A stretch of 64,000 nt of DNA from Chrysomallon squamiferum (Eukaryota > Animalia > Mollusca), in assembly GCA_012295275.1 (NCBI GenBank), contig CM022673.1:17112001-17176000 (forward strand). Reading direction: 5' to 3'. Positions 41,469 through 56,635 of this stretch are shown piece after piece. Positions within the stretch are counted from its first letter, which is position 1; every line of letters begins with the position of its first letter. The position numbers and the translations under genes are program-made. The notes beneath the pieces were generated by a model, which saw only the letters and a program-made list of their open reading frames with translations, was not told the origin of the DNA and ran no database searches.

Positions 41469-44400
41469 CATATATATATATTATGTCATCTTTCTTAGTC
41501 AGTAAAGCTCATAACATATGAAATATGAAAGCATTTCTCATTTTCACCATATCTCTTTAATTACTCATAGCATGTTTAGATATGACAGAAATAATTCAGA
41601 CTGAACAATGACTACTGGTTTTCAAAAAACAAAACAAAATATCCACAACAACCCCAAAAATATGGGAAAAAAAGAAGTATTATAATTATGTATATATATA
41701 TATATTTAAAAAAACCAACAAAAAAACCCCAAATGATACAAAATTTTACCTCATAATCATTTCCTTCTCCAAGATGACTAAAACTTCTACCACCTCTCCT
41801 GAATCGTCTCTAAAACAACAACATCATCATTATTAAAATCAGTTATTTGTATTCAATATAAAATACTTTCTTTTTGTCAGTAAATTGTTTTAGGTGAATT
41901 TTTTTCACCATTAATTCTTTTATCTTTCTATAATAATGATTTTCAAAATTCTTTTCACTTGGATTAACAGTGAAGCCTATATATGAAATCAGGTGAAATA
42001 TTAAATTTATATATCACCATTAAAATAAAGGTTTCCTGTGTGAACTTCTTCTTTTCTTATAAAACCAAAAAGAAATTTAGATTAATAACTAAATACAATC
42101 ATCTGTTATTTTCATTTACATAAAGAAATAATAATAAAAAATAGAAAAATAACGTTACTTACTACTTCAGGGTTTTCAAATAGAGATAAAATACGAGCTT
42201 GCATTGTCACGTCTGTAAATTTGTAAAAGGAAATATAAAAACATAGAAGCAAGAATATAAATTTAAAAAATCAAAACTAACATTTGGTATATTCTGTAAA
42301 TAATATGTGGCAGAAACAAAAAAGGAATCAATTTCCATAATTAGAATCACCATCAGATGTCACAATTAATGTGTTGAAAAAACCTGTACTGAATGTAAAT
42401 CTCAGAAAAATTGTCAGACATTTAGGTTTTTTTATCACACTAACTGAAAGACAAAAACTGCAGCTACATCACAATTGAATCTGTTAGCAGAAATGAATCT
42501 TTTACATATATACTGTCCCTTAAAGACAATAACTAATCCTGTTTTCTGTCACACTTTAAACAAAGATTTTGAATCTTTATTATTCATCAAAATATACTAA
42601 AAATATTAATTTTATCTTAGTTGTATGTTAACATAGTGTGGCCAGTTATTTTTGCTATAATTATCACTTGTTCCTGGTCTACTCAGCAGTTTTATAAGTT
42701 ATAAATTATAATTAACATAATAAAACTGAAAACTTTAAGCCATTTTTACCAAAAGTGTTATCCATGCCCTCTCTTGGATACAATGGCAGGAACTACAAAA
42801 AAATAATAATAATAATAAAATAAAAATATAACTAAAAATAAAATAAAATAAAATAAAATAAAATAAAATAAAATAAAATAAAATAAAATAAAATAAAATA
42901 AAATAAAATAAAATAAAATAAAATAAAATAAAATAAAATGTAGATATATTTAGCTAAGAACATTTTTATTTTTAACAATAATAATAATGAAAAAAACAAG
43001 TTGAGTTCACTGAAAAATAACTATTAATTTTCTTTACTTACTGGTCAAGCTGCTATATACATATTTTAATATTTTAAAGTTTGAAGAAAGCAACTATGCT
43101 TATTCATATGCACTTACAGAAAATTATTTCAGAATGGAAAAAGAAATAAATAAAAATTAAATCAAATTAAAATTCCTATACAGATGGCTGTAATAATTTT
43201 CTTACCAGGCTTTCAATAACCCCTCTATCAAAAAAATCATCATCTGAAAAAAAAAAACACACCCAAAAATCAAACAAGTTACATATTACATCTGTTGAAT
43301 AACCTGAAACCAAACTGTTTATCTGCATTTATTTAAATCTATAATGAAAATATTAAATTTAATTTAAACCATTTATATATATACTTCTAAAAAATGAAAA
43401 CAGTACAAAAACATTAATATACCATAAATGTATTCTTTTTTCTTTTAATTAGTTTGTATGTAATTTACAACACATGTTATTCTGTAGATATGCCAGTTAC
43501 TAACAAACAGAGCTAAACTTTCCTAACTTGTACACATCTAACAGACTAAATAGCAATTACAGTTTGTCTTTTTGTCACATTAATTTATCAATTTGGAGCC
43601 CAAATTGTAATTTGAAGAAAGAAGAAATAGATCCAATGATCCAGTGTATAGTACATCTGGATTTATAATTTGAAATAACAAAGACAACAACAATATCAAT
43701 ACTACTACTAATACAATAGTAGTAATAACAATATGATTAGTAGTAATACTTTCATACTGCCAGACTTTATTTTAAAGATATCACTTACCATTGCCAGGCT
43801 GTCTTCTTCTAGACCTTGTATTTGCCTGCCTTGTGTAGCCATGATGTCTGCTTGGAATCAGAGAATGGTGATGGCATGTTGGAAATGATGTTGGATGGCT
43901 GTCATTAAAGTGACTGTGATGTGGATTTCTCCTGCCTGAGTCAGCACCAGTCAGAGACATAGCAAACTCCTTGTCCATTTCTTCCTGCATTGTTTAACAG
44001 TAAAAATTAATTTTTATTTCCAAATGGCAATGTACAGTATAAATATTTGTCTATGTCTTTAGCACCATTAAATAATTATTAGTTGGTAACATATACACAC
44101 ACACACATATATTTTTAATCATAATTTTATAAAAGAAATTTCAATAATGATTATAGATAAAAAAAGAATGAATAAATATTTAACAGTAAAATATATTTTA
44201 ATATTAACAGTTATTAAAAATGAATCAGTTTTCTTGTTCAGTGAAGATGACATTAGGATGGAAATCAGTTACATTATATGGGCTGATATTACTGATTAAA
44301 AGCAAGTATTTATTTAAGTTTTATATGTATTTACCAATGACTAGTAAATCTTTTTTTTTTTTCAGTCTTTGACAAACAAGTAGTAAGGGAAGGGCTGGAA

Positions 44401-47400
44401 TAGGCAACAGTCCAACTGCTGACATTTGAGAATTCTCTGTTGTTGCATAACACAATCTTAACTGAGCTCCTGTTTCCTTTTATTTCAATTATATTATATC
44501 TGCAGATATGTTTTTCAGCAAAATGTTTAAAATAATATTGTTTAACAGATTTCTTTGTGCAGATTGTTTCCTTTTCTCTTTTAAATTTTGCTTTAATAGG
44601 ATCTGATAACATTTTAATCAAAATTGGTATTAGATATACTTATAATTAATTACATTTAATGTTTAATTAATGATAATTACTCTACTTTCATCAGAATTTA
44701 TTGTATAAGATTTTCACAAAATATGTTATTCCAGTATCTGGGTAAGCGTACATTTAATTTTTTTTTTTTTTTTACTGGTTTGTTATAAAACTGAGTTTAA
44801 CAACTACCTGTAATCTTTTTGCCATCTCTTCATCACTCTCCAACTGTCTGGCCAGGGAAACAGCATCGTTCATCTCACCATTATCATCAATTGTGATTAC
44901 ATCATCGCATCGGTTGTGAAACTGTTTTGGTGTTCCATCTTTATAATAAAAATTAAAATTCAAGGTGATAAAGCAATTAAATAAAATAATAATTTAAATC
45001 CTAACAATGAAAAGATAAAATAACTTATAAATCACTAATTATTAAAAGATATCATAATGCTGTATATATTTTGACGTTCAAGACATGAATACTTTAATGT
45101 TGAGGGTCAAAATGAACCAACATAATTTTAAAGTAATACCTATATCATTATATGTAATGCTATATTAATCTATATAATTAAAAATAATCACTTACTTTTT
45201 AAAGTTCTATTAGTCTATACTGATATCAGACATCACACTCAGTGTCATGTCTTAGATAATGCTGGCATACAATATTTTAAAATATGAATTTTTTGCAGCT
45301 ATGTTTTAAATGAAAACCACATCCATATCAAGAGAGGCAAGATCCCCCAAACCACCAAGATATTCTTCAAATGACTGCAAGTTGGACTGACATATATTTA
45401 CTATTTAGTTAAAACTATAAATAATTTAAATTGTATTTTCAAGTGTTTATCTCAAAAGAACATATTATTTTATCAGTTGATTTTATCACCTGCTCTTTGT
45501 CGCGGATTGTAAGGACGCTTCTTTTTTCTAGTAGGTGCTGGATTTCTCCTCATGGTTGGAGTTTCTTCAACTGATATGGGCGCGAAATCTTTATAGTCTT
45601 GTGAGACGTCTATAAAAGGTTCACTGTCTCTGTTGTCCACTGTGCTATCACATTGTACATTGGTATTTTTAAAATTGACATTGTTCTCTGTGCTGTTAAA
45701 TCTACAGCTTGGTCTGTCGGTTACTTCCTGATGCACCCTGATAAAATCTGAAGAACAAGGTACTGGAAAGGAGTCACACTTACTTTTGTCGGTTTGGGAA
45801 TCAGGGAGCAACAATGTTTTTTGAGTACTGGTTGAACCAATATTTGCATTGTCACTCTGTGGAGAAACACAGCTTAGTGAACAGAGATTATCAGCAGATG
45901 ACAAATCCAGTTCAGGATGACTGAATGTTGAAACTGAATGAACACTCTGACTGGTTGCTGGAAAATAATTTTCTGAAGGAGAAGAAATTTGATTGGCTAG
46001 TGAGTATGAGCTGTGAACATTTTTGGATGATGATTTCATTAGTGAAATATTTGAATCTTGCTGATTTTCTGTTTTATCTGCATTTGCACTGGTTTCAGAC
46101 TCACTTGGTCTGTTTGTATTTTCATTGCTGTTTGCAAACACAGAATTACATAATGGGAAGTCAGACAATTCATATGATCTACCTTTGCGTCCTGCATTTT
46201 CTATATCATTAGTATTGAAGAGATTCTTAACTGAAAGTTCTGATCTGGGTATATATATCCTTTTATCACCTCTAACAGAATTAATATCAACTGGAAGACT
46301 TTTGCTCTTTTGTTTCTCACCTTCAAACAAATTCACATTTAGCTTTTTCTGTTTTGTTGATTTTGTATCGCTACCATTTTTCTTATGTACTTGTCTGTGG
46401 CAGTCTTTTGATACTTTTTTAGAAATAATTTCTTGTAAAGAAATATTTGAATCGTCGTCATCTTCTGAATCTGAAGGCCATCCAATGTATCCACTTCCAT
46501 ACTGAGCATTTTTGTAGCCATTCCTAGAACTAACACTCAAATTAATTTCTTTCTTGTTGGATTTTCCTTTTTCTGATCTACGTTTCTGAAATGGAGAATC
46601 AGATACCATTCTGTGGTGAAAAAGAGTGCTATCTGAATTGGACTCTTTGAGATATGTCAACTTCTCACTGGTCAATTCTGAAACATCATCAGAGTTGTTC
46701 TCTTTGAGGTTCTCTTCTGATTTGTGGGCATATTTGCTGAATGTGACTGTGGAAGGCAAGAGCAATCTGTTGGAATTAAACTGACAGGTTCTCTTAGAAA
46801 ATGAATTATCCTCCTCATCGTCTCCAGGCGGTGTGTTATTATTTCTCTCTCTCTTACTGCTTGTTCTTGAAAAAAGAGGACTAAAGGAAAACAAATGAAA
46901 GAAAGAAATACTCAAAGTTTTGGTAAAACTAATGTAACACTAACAGTGAATACAATAAAATTGTACACTCTCTGATTCCCCCCACAAAAAAAAGCATAAA
47001 TTATGTTTTGTTATTTAATATCAGTATATTATGAAACAGTGATTTGAAACAGTGATTAAAATTGTAATTATTGTCTAAATTAACAAATTAAAAAATTGGA
47101 AATCAATGGGCAAGCATTAATCCTGTATATAAATTAGTGTTTCCCCTATACATGATTAGGAGCCCAGCCCACAATTCAGAAAATGCTGCCTTCACTTGCT
47201 TAAATCCTCAGTAAAATGTGCCGATAATTACTGCAATATTACTTCAAATCCATCTATAATTATTGTCATTTGCAGGCATCAGTTTTGCAAATGACACTTT
47301 TTAGCACTAATAAAAAAATACAAATGACACTTTTTACCGGCATTAAACAGATACAAATGACACTTTTTCATGCTAATAAACAAATGCAAACAGCACTTTT

Positions 47401-47820
47401 CGGCACCATCAAATATTCAAGAAATTTCAACCATGAGACCTTGTCAAGGCAGGTATGGAAAAACAATGCCCCCTTATTTACCTGTGCCTGCCCCCTTTTT
47501 CTGAATAATTTTGATAGAATCTGTATGGTTTAAAAGAAAAAGAAAAGTAAAATTAATACTTACTTTATTAAATTGTAATTAATGTATAATTTATGGAGAA
47601 AAAAAAAAAATTAAAAGAAATAAAAAAATTAAATCAATTACCTAGGTGTTTCTGGTATGCACACTGTATCCTCAAGGTTAAGCGTAGGTGTGTTCAAATC
47701 AAGTGTGTCATCTTCACTGTCATCATCAGCAATTCCATCTGTCATAGTTGGCTTGCCAGGAATTGTAAGATCTGGCCTGTTCTTCTTGATTCTATCAAGA
47801 AGGCCAATTTCAGTGTTCAT
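40375..47820 (-). CDS. RING-H2 E3 ubiquitin ligase (Arkadia/RNF165/RNF38-44-like C-terminus), about 785 aa. Exons (minus): 47820-47642, 46880-45490, 44938-44808, 43984-43789, 43243-43206, 42792-42750, 42212-42163, 41809-41750, 41070-40846, 40419-40375
   Basis: All introns are GT-AG with compatible phases; total 2358 nt, ending in TGA at 40377-40375. The spliced C-terminus reads NDYEELLELAENLG...CMICMCEY...[33 protein letters not shown], a complete C3H2C3 RING-H2. The start codon is the least certain part. Confidence 0.88.
42835..42938. repeat. (AAAAT)n pentanucleotide microsatellite in a RING intron
   Basis: About 20 perfect copies. Confidence 0.95.
47133..47530. mobile_element. Possible non-autonomous DNA-transposon remnant in a RING intron
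   Basis: Begins TAGTGTTTCCCCTA; internal ~32-bp subrepeats CAAATGACACTTTTT x3-4; no matching second TIR seen. Confidence 0.3.
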
Positions 47821-48479
47821 TTTCCTTCTGCTGAAATTAAAAAAATTATTTTTCCTTTCTTTTTATGTATTTATTTAATTTTTAAAGACAATTTAAGTAA
47901 CTGGAAAATGATAATGATTTTTAATTGGTTTTATTAATATTTTTAATTTAGATTCAAGATTAAGATTATCCACTTTAGTTTTATTTGACTAATTTGTTTA
48001 AGCATTTTGTGCAATAATAAGAAAACAATAATTAAAAAAAAAAAAAAAATAAATAAATAAATAAATAAAACTATGCTGAATAATCACAATCAGAGTACAA
48101 ATTTATGAAAATGAGAATAGCAATGCAGATTAGAAAGTAGGAAAAACCTCAAAAGGAAATTGTTAATTTCTGTGTTCATTTGTTGTTTGCAAACGAACTC
48201 ATATTCAGATTATGGATGTATTCTAGCATGTATGTTTTCGCCTTGTCAACCAAAGTAATACTAAATATTTTGCTATAAATGTATAATCTGTTGTTCTGCT
48301 CTGGCTGCTGCTACACTCGAGGCAAGTAATAGTATCAACGTATCAAGTTATCAACTTTCAAGGAAGAAATTAATTTCAAAATATGTTTAGTTTAGAATCA
48401 AGATGATCATGAAGTACGATAAATTTCTTTAAATAAAACAGCAATCAGATTAGTGGTTTTAAGCACCTGTATTATGGAA

Positions 48480-48960
48480 ATCCAAAAACGTTCATATAAT
48501 TATAGGACAACCCTTTTATATACGTTACCAATTTAAAACATCTTCAGAAACCTTTTCCCTCAGCGTCTGCCATTCCTGTACGTTAGCCAATAGCTATGAA
48601 GCTTACATACATTCATTTAATCGACGGAAGTAACATTTAAAAATACTACATAAACACCACTTCAATATTTTATTTTTCAATTAGATTAATATTAAAAATA
48701 TCTTGCACAATTATGTTCCTAAAATAAAGGAAATCAATACCTATTTGTTTTAAATTAAAGGATTTATCTTTGAACGTTAAACTAGTTACTACATATTATA
48801 AAAGCACACCAGTTCATAAGCTAGTAGTATTCATTAACTTCCGGCCAAAGCTCCGCCCATTACCTGTATTTCCTGGAGACGCATAAACATTATTTTTGAG
48901 ATCTGTGAAACGATATAAGATACCGGGTCCACTGTTGACAATATCTAAAGGTAAAATAAA
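48480..48960. promoter_or_regulatory. Likely bidirectional promoter (RING gene leftward, a plus-strand transcript rightward)
   Basis: Local CpG enrichment; ETS-like CGGAAGT (about 48625) and ACTTCCGG (about 48837); GC-box-like CTCCGCCC (48851); outward-facing donors on minus (about 48528 and 48551) and plus (AAG|GTAAAA, about 48950). Confidence 0.55.
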
Positions 48961-50122
48961 ATATATGTATTAATTAATTAATTAATTATTTGTATTAAAT
49001 GCTTTTTGTTTCGCCACAATTCTGAGCACAAATACGTGATTTCTGAAATATACCTCGTCTTCTACAAGTAACTAGAAAGTGATAATCATATTTTTGATGT
49101 GCCGGTGGCAGAAGTAGGCTTGGAGAGAAGTAAACAAATAAAAACTATCATATTATTAAAAAAAATTTTTTAAAGAAACTGAAACGACAGCTATACATTT
49201 AAGTATCTTTGTAATTCTAGCTGTAAGGTTTTTATTGGGTGTAACCAGTTTAAAGATAATTTTTCAGAAAAAAATCATTGTCTGTCTTTTATTATCATGA
49301 TAATTCAACTTACGCAGCTCATTCTGAATGGCGTCATTTTAAAACAATTGCCTGTTATTAGTTAATATATATATATATATATATAGAATATTGCACATTA
49401 TTTTATTTAAAATTATTATTACTCAGTTAACAAAATAAAAAATAAAAATAAAAAATAAAATAAAATAAAAAAAAATAAAATAAAATAAAATAAAATAAAA
49501 TAAAATAAAATAAAAATTTCTAAAATGAAACTTATCAGACTTGGAACTGCATATAAAATAAAATTATCTAATTTTTAATAGTTTGATTGCAGAAAAACGT
49601 TCACAGAAATTAATATATAATTTATTATACTTCCTGTTTTAATAAATAAATAATAAAAACAAATTAAATGAATAAAAATAAAAATAAATAATTAAATAAT
49701 AAATAAAACAGTCAGTTGTTAAATAATAGATATGTTGTAATTTTTGTTTAGGTATTTTATTCTTTTAAGTCAAAAGAATGAATTCATGTTTATTGATTAT
49801 ATACCGAGTGAATGGTTAAAATGTTCTAGAATACTAGAACAACTAGAATGTACCCACGATCTTCTTTTTGAAACAGACTGCTTTGTAATTAGTTTGTTGT
49901 TGGAATTATCACACGTATTTCTTAAAACAAACATGTCAGATTTATTAACTAATTACAAATTTGTTTCATTATCAGTTTAATCACCATGACAACCAAATAT
50001 GTTTTGGTCAGAAACCAACTATTGTTTCATTAATTATTGGTGTTCTTAAAATTCTTCTTCTTCTTCTCCTCCTCCTCCTCCTCCTCCTTCTTCTTCTTCT
50101 TCTTCTTCTTCTTCTTCTTCTT

Positions 50123-50153
<31 letters not shown>

Positions 50154-50529
50154 TTTATTTATTTATTTATTTATTAATATTTTTTTTTTGTTTATTAGAA
50201 GTTTAAGAAATAGAATAAAGATTCTCATGTAAATTTATTTATTTATTTATCAGTAATTGTTCTCATGTTTGTATTTCTTTATTTGTATTTATTTACATTG
50301 ATAATTATATACAGTTTTGAAGATGAATCTAAAATGAATTATCTCCCTTTAGCTATTATTTGTTTTTAAAAGCACACATTTAATGTAATTGCTATATATT
50401 CAGTTTATTCAAGTCTGCATGGAAATAGTTTTCAATAATAAAATTGACAACTACAAGGAATTAACCAAATCTTGGATTTTATGTTCATTTTATCTAATAT
50501 TTAAAACAATAATAATAAACAAAAACGAA

Positions 50530-50587
<58 letters not shown>

Positions 50588-53365
50588 TATATTTTATGAA
50601 TTACAGTTTACATAGATAATATTCCAGTCACAAGACAGACACCTTTGATTATTTTGTGACATCATTTCTGACATACAGTAAGAAAAAAATCTTGTTAGAT
50701 TTTACAATTATTTTATCGTTATTTCTCATGTGTTAATATTCTTTTGTGTAGAGTAAGAAAAAGTATCAACCTTAACAAATTTGTTATTTTTTTGTTAATC
50801 TTTACAACAAACACAACGGATGTGTAGAAATAACATTTTCCTTTTTTCCTACAAGAAAAGCTTAATCTTCTATGAGAATTCCTTAATACTATAATTATAT
50901 TTGTCCTAATTCCTGTTTCCTTTCAGTTTAGGAATATGATCTTTTAAACCATTAAACCAAGATCATTTTGAACAGTTTATATTGTGTTGTCAACAGAAAA
51001 ATATGTACCAAACAGAGAATTTAATTATGAAACATGTATAATTAGGATTCTAACTATTTATATTTTTAAAGTGTAGGCCTAAATCTACTGATGGCAATGT
51101 AGAGCCCAAATACATTTTGTAAGATTCCAACTGACTGTTTTAAGAAACCAACCTTTGCTATAAATAAAATATGACAGTACATATCAAGTTTCATGTATAC
51201 AGTGTTGATCACTGTTCCCTTAAAAAAAACCAAAAAAAAAAAAACAACTAATATATAAATAATAAATAAATAACTATTATATTTTTTTTTTTTTTTAAAA
51301 AGAAAGAAATAAAAAAAATAAAATACTCTAGCAGATAGAAATGGTATAATTTTCCTTTTCCTTTTAGTTTCCTTTTTACATTTTATCATGAAATATGTGA
51401 AAACTGCACATTCACAGACTTGTTATTTTGCTGTTATTATACTTTGTTATTAGCAAAGGTTGATGATGAAAATCAAAAAAAAGAAAAGAAAATTACATTA
51501 GTAAATATATTTATTTCTTCATTCCTCCAGAGATATACAATAAAACAACAGTGAAGATTGTAAATAGTCCTTCAGTAAGTCTCTACACTGTGACACATAC
51601 TTATGAACCGTGGTATTTTTGTAGAAGATATATTTTGTTCACAGTTCAATGAACCTGCATCAAATTATCAAGCACTGTATTTGAAAGCCTGTTGTTTACA
51701 AACACATGCAGGTATGTTTGACAGTGATTATATCTTTGTTTGCTTTACATTCTTGGAAAGACAGAAATAGTTTACAAATGAAATCTATTATTAAATGTTG
51801 ACAATGTTTTTGCATGCCTTGTATAATTTAAAAAAAAAATTATTTTGCAGTCAGTGGTGGAATAAGTTTTTAAGAATTTCATTTGTTTATTTCATAAATA
51901 TTTTTGCAAATCTTATGCATTTTAATGAATTTTAGGATTAAAAAAAATAATTTTAAAAGATACCAAATATTAATGAAAGGTGTTTTTTAATTATTTTTTT
52001 TATTAATTAATTAATTAATTAATTAATTATTATTATTATTATTATTATTACTTTAAAAAAAAAAAAGAAATCTTAAAAATAAACAGCAGAACTTAAAAAT
52101 AAAATAAAATAGGAGGCTAGAAATAATAATTATATACAATAATAATAATATAGATAATGAAAACAATTTTGTTTTCTAAAACACAATATCTGTTAATATA
52201 TGTATGCTATACAGAAATTTGTTTGAACTGAGTAAAAATTAACAACTTGAGAGTGAAGGTCCTTAACTAAATATTATACAAGTGCTTCTTAAATTATTGT
52301 ATGATATAATTATTTGATTTTTGTTTTGTTGTTGTTCAGGTTTACTGGTAAATATGTTTGTATATTTGTGTGTATATATATGTTCTGTATTATTTTAAAG
52401 TTTTTTAGTCAGTCACAGATTTAACAATACAGATGTTAGCTTATGTCTGCTTTCTGCTTTATACTTAATACTGCATTATAGCAGAGGAACACTATAGACA
52501 CACCTTGTGTATCCCTTATACATTAGTTTGAAAAATACTAGAAGTATTAAATCGTTATTTTTCTATTAAGATTATTAATATTATTAATGTTAAATGATAT
52601 CCACTACTGTTAGATCTTTGATTTGACAGCTAAAATTAGGTAATTATTCTTATTCACATTACTTTAGAAGTATGAGTTATTATCGTGAAAATCTACATTA
52701 GGCCAATTTCAAAAAAAAAATGTCAGAGAATACTTTTATGTAGACAAACAAAGAATCCTATTATCATATATGTGCCACCCTGTAAAGGCCTCGGTAAGAA
52801 TGTGTTTGTTGGATTGCCTACCGACCATGAGCTGTTGCTAAGAAGGGCATTTGAATGATATAATGTTGATCTGAGTACATGGCATTTATCTATTTGCATT
52901 TTTACCACTTGTATACCAATTGTGTTTGTTTAATATTTCAGAAATCAAATTATTGAATAATATATAATTTTTATTCAAGTTATGTGACAAGGGTTATTAA
53001 ATACAGACAATTTGATATTAATGGGAAAACACAAAGAAAGGTAATTAATAGTCTTCTCTCTCTCTTTTTAGTTATTGTTTTGCTTCTTTATTAGTATTGT
53101 TTGAAGTTACTGTTAATAATATTGAATTTATATTGAAATGTCAAGTGTTTGTTATTTCATTATCATTGTAATTCTTGATTTTTATAGTAACAGCCAATTT
53201 CTCTTCTTTTTTTTTCTTCTTTTTTTAAGCTTGGAGTTCAATTTTAATGGGTAATAATATATGGCTTTCTGTAGTTTAATTTTTAAAATAAGACTATAAC
53301 ATAGTTGTTTTTACTTGTGGTAACAGTCTGTGTTTTCACCTTTGCAGTAACACATCATTTTACAA

Positions 53366-53405
<40 letters not shown>

Positions 53406-56400
53406 CATTTTTGATATATATACACATGAATGGTTTTATGAATGTATTGGTGACAATCAATACATTTCATACTGATTAAAACATTATCACAATTTAATGA
53501 AACATTTTTTATTTCAAATATATTTTTCAGTTGTTTTTGTAAGTTAATTACATTTTCTTATTATTTTAATTTTATTTTAGCAATAGTAACACCTAAGTAT
53601 ATAAATATTAAATACTAATGACTGAATTTTAATTATTTTAACATTTAGAGTATTGCCTCTGAAAGCTTGAGTCACAAAGCACTTGATTTTTTGTGTGCAT
53701 GTGAAATGTATAGTTTTTATGTCTGTTTCTATGTACAATATTTTTGATGTTTAGTTTATGTGTATGACTAAGAGCTGCAAGTTTAGATATGTGCATGCAT
53801 ATGTGACTGAATAAACACGGTTCTTTGTGTGACTGTGCATGTATGTGGGTATGTGTATGTTGCTTATTGCCAATGATAATTACTGGATTTTGGAGAAAAT
53901 ACAAAATATCAGGGAAAAGGATGAATTATGGAAATCTTGCAGGATAGCACAATGAAAGGAAACTATATTTTCAAATATATTTTTGTTTATTTTCACAAGT
54001 AAAATGACATTTAAAAGTACTAAATAAATATTTTCACAACTGTAATGCTCAACAGTTGTGAGTCAGCTTATTTTTATGCAGTTAGTATGACAGACTAAGT
54101 ACAGCATAATTACACAGATAAAAGATATACAAGTTTAAACCTGGTTAAAGAAAACAAAACAACAAATGGTTAGAGTCAGTTGTTAGGTATGAAGTGGACA
54201 CAGGTTGTGTATTACAGTTGTTAAACACCATATTCTTAACATGTAGTAGCTTGCAGAATTTACAACAAACTTTATTGACATTGATATAACAGTGTGACAA
54301 AGAATACCGCTATAACAATTTGTCTGTTCTTGGTAACACACACAACCTATGAAATAGGACAGACTTATTTTGAATAGAAATATATTAGGCTGAGTTGGTG
54401 TAGCACATTTGTACAAATTATTGAAAACTATTTTGAAGTCAACTGATTAATATTTGTTTTTATTGTTTATACAAAGTGTTTAAACAAATGTGTAACAAAT
54501 CGGAATAAATAATTAAGAAACAAATGTGTCAATTTCAAATTTTTAATAATGATTATTAAATACATTTTTAAACTAAATTTTAACTGGACATATATATCAT
54601 TCTCTATGTAAAAAAACACATTAATTTTTCCACTCATTAACTTATTATACCTTATTTTTTAATATTCTATATTTTGTATTTTTAATGATTATTAGAAATC
54701 ATCTTCTGCACTTCTTTTGAGCCAAATTTCAGGAAACATTTAAACAAACACTTGAGGTGTATACCAGTTTTTTAAGTATTTTGAACTTATCAAACTACAG
54801 ATGCTGTTGTAATAGTTATATGTGAATATATGAATTATTTTCAAATGTAATAAGATACTTCTTTATACCATTTTTGAATGAATACAAAAAACTAATTTCT
54901 TTAAAATACATATTAGCAAGATGTATAAGTACATTATATTTAAACCTGAAAGGTTGTCTTTATTGTAAATGATAATCTTTTAATAGTGTGATAGCTCGCA
55001 CTTGATATTTTTCAAACTATAGCTGAGTATTTAATAATTAAAACAGAACTTTACTGATGAATTGTCTGGTACACAAAAACTTTATATTCCTTATTATATT
55101 TCTTTTTAATAAATATGTACATAAGCAAAGAATCTATCACACACGAGTTAAGATATTTTAGGATATAAAACAAATGCATTTTTTGCTTAACATCAATGAT
55201 GTACATTAAATTAGATCTTAGGATGAATCAGTGCAATCTCATACTGAATTATTTCTGATGATAATTAGGCTGATATTACATGCTAACTATTAGAATTTAA
55301 TATTATATTCTTTAATGATTTTTGGAAATGAAACTTTTGTATGTAATATTAATAATAATAACTACATCAATAACAATAATCAATAAGTTTTAATAGTTAC
55401 TCATTGCAATTTCTTCAGTATATAATCATTAAGTAAGAAATTTGATCTTGGAGGATGTTGAGTACAGTATTTTTAACTGTTTTAGTACATTATAACTATC
55501 TTATGATAAAGTGCTTTTGGTGTACAAATTTAAACATAATCTGGTGTTGTAGAATCTCATCTACAAATATTTTCCTAACGTCTTATGGAAATTAAACATT
55601 GAGGGAGCCCAGTTTTTTCCTATGAGCCCATGAGCTATATATAATTCTTGTCCATGAAATAAATGTTGGTACAAAAGATATTGTCATATGTTTGATTAGC
55701 AGGGCAATAAACAGTTAGCTTTATTTACTTAGAGTGTTTTATGGCTAGGAAAAGTTCACTGTTGGCAAGGCTGAACAATAATTTATAAATGAAAAATACT
55801 TTTACTGACTGATTAGATTAAATTAGGATCAGGTAAAATCACAAGGGGTTGCTGGAGAATTAGTTGATTAATGAGACATTCAGACATAGCACTATAAGAG
55901 TTCCTGACATGTGTGATAAGTGCTTGTTGAAAACAATCGCAAGTTGCATGCCAGAATATCATTTTTACCTCTTTATAGTTGCTTAGACTTGGTGTGTTTG
56001 TCCTGTACTCCATACAGCAAACGTGTAATGTCTGTCATAGTGAGTGGTTGTTGTAACTTAGCAATGGAAATGAGTTTCAAACAAAGCTCTGGATAATTGT
56101 GGGACACAGTTTCCATTAATGGATACGACAGACAATTATCACCTTACACTGTCAGCTCCAGTAACAATATTTGTGTAGAAAATGTATTAATAATAACTTA
56201 GTATCAAACATTGTCAGATGTATGAGAAAACAGCAGGTGTTGTGGGTTTTACTGGATGGATTAATATTTCTCCAATTTTAAATTATCCAAAATATTGTTA
56301 GTGTGGAATTATGATTTCTGTGTCATCTGCAGTAATATTTGTGCAGATATTTTGTTAATTCGTAAACATCTTCAATCAATACCAGTCTTGGAAAACGGAC

Positions 56401-56635
56401 ATCAATAGTTTTTACTTGATGAATTGGAATTTACTACAATCTAAATTAAATGGAATTATTATTTTTCTAAATTTAGGAACAATGATTTTTGATTCACTGT
56501 AAACTTTTTTGAATTAATTGTTGATTTGGAATAAAACCAGTAGATGTTTAATTAGATGTATGATTCAGCTGTTTGGAATGAGTTGTGCATAAAAATGTAA
56601 TTACTCAAGTTACACACAACCTGTATACAACAATA

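Noticed and set aside
42351-42383. 33-nt symmetric cassette exon candidate in the RING gene
   Set aside because: Frame-compatible but weak donor and no independent support.
43042-43052. 8/11-nt microexon candidate in the RING gene
   Set aside because: Poor acceptor; exon 42792-42750 restores the frame with better splice sites.
44331-44621. 96-aa minus-strand ORF in a RING intron
   Set aside because: Flanking exons join in frame without it and complete the MIU-like helix; no convincing splice sites.
45925-46536. Overlapping alternative-frame and antisense ORFs (also 35748-36546 and 63291-63725)
   Set aside because: Shadows of real coding exons.
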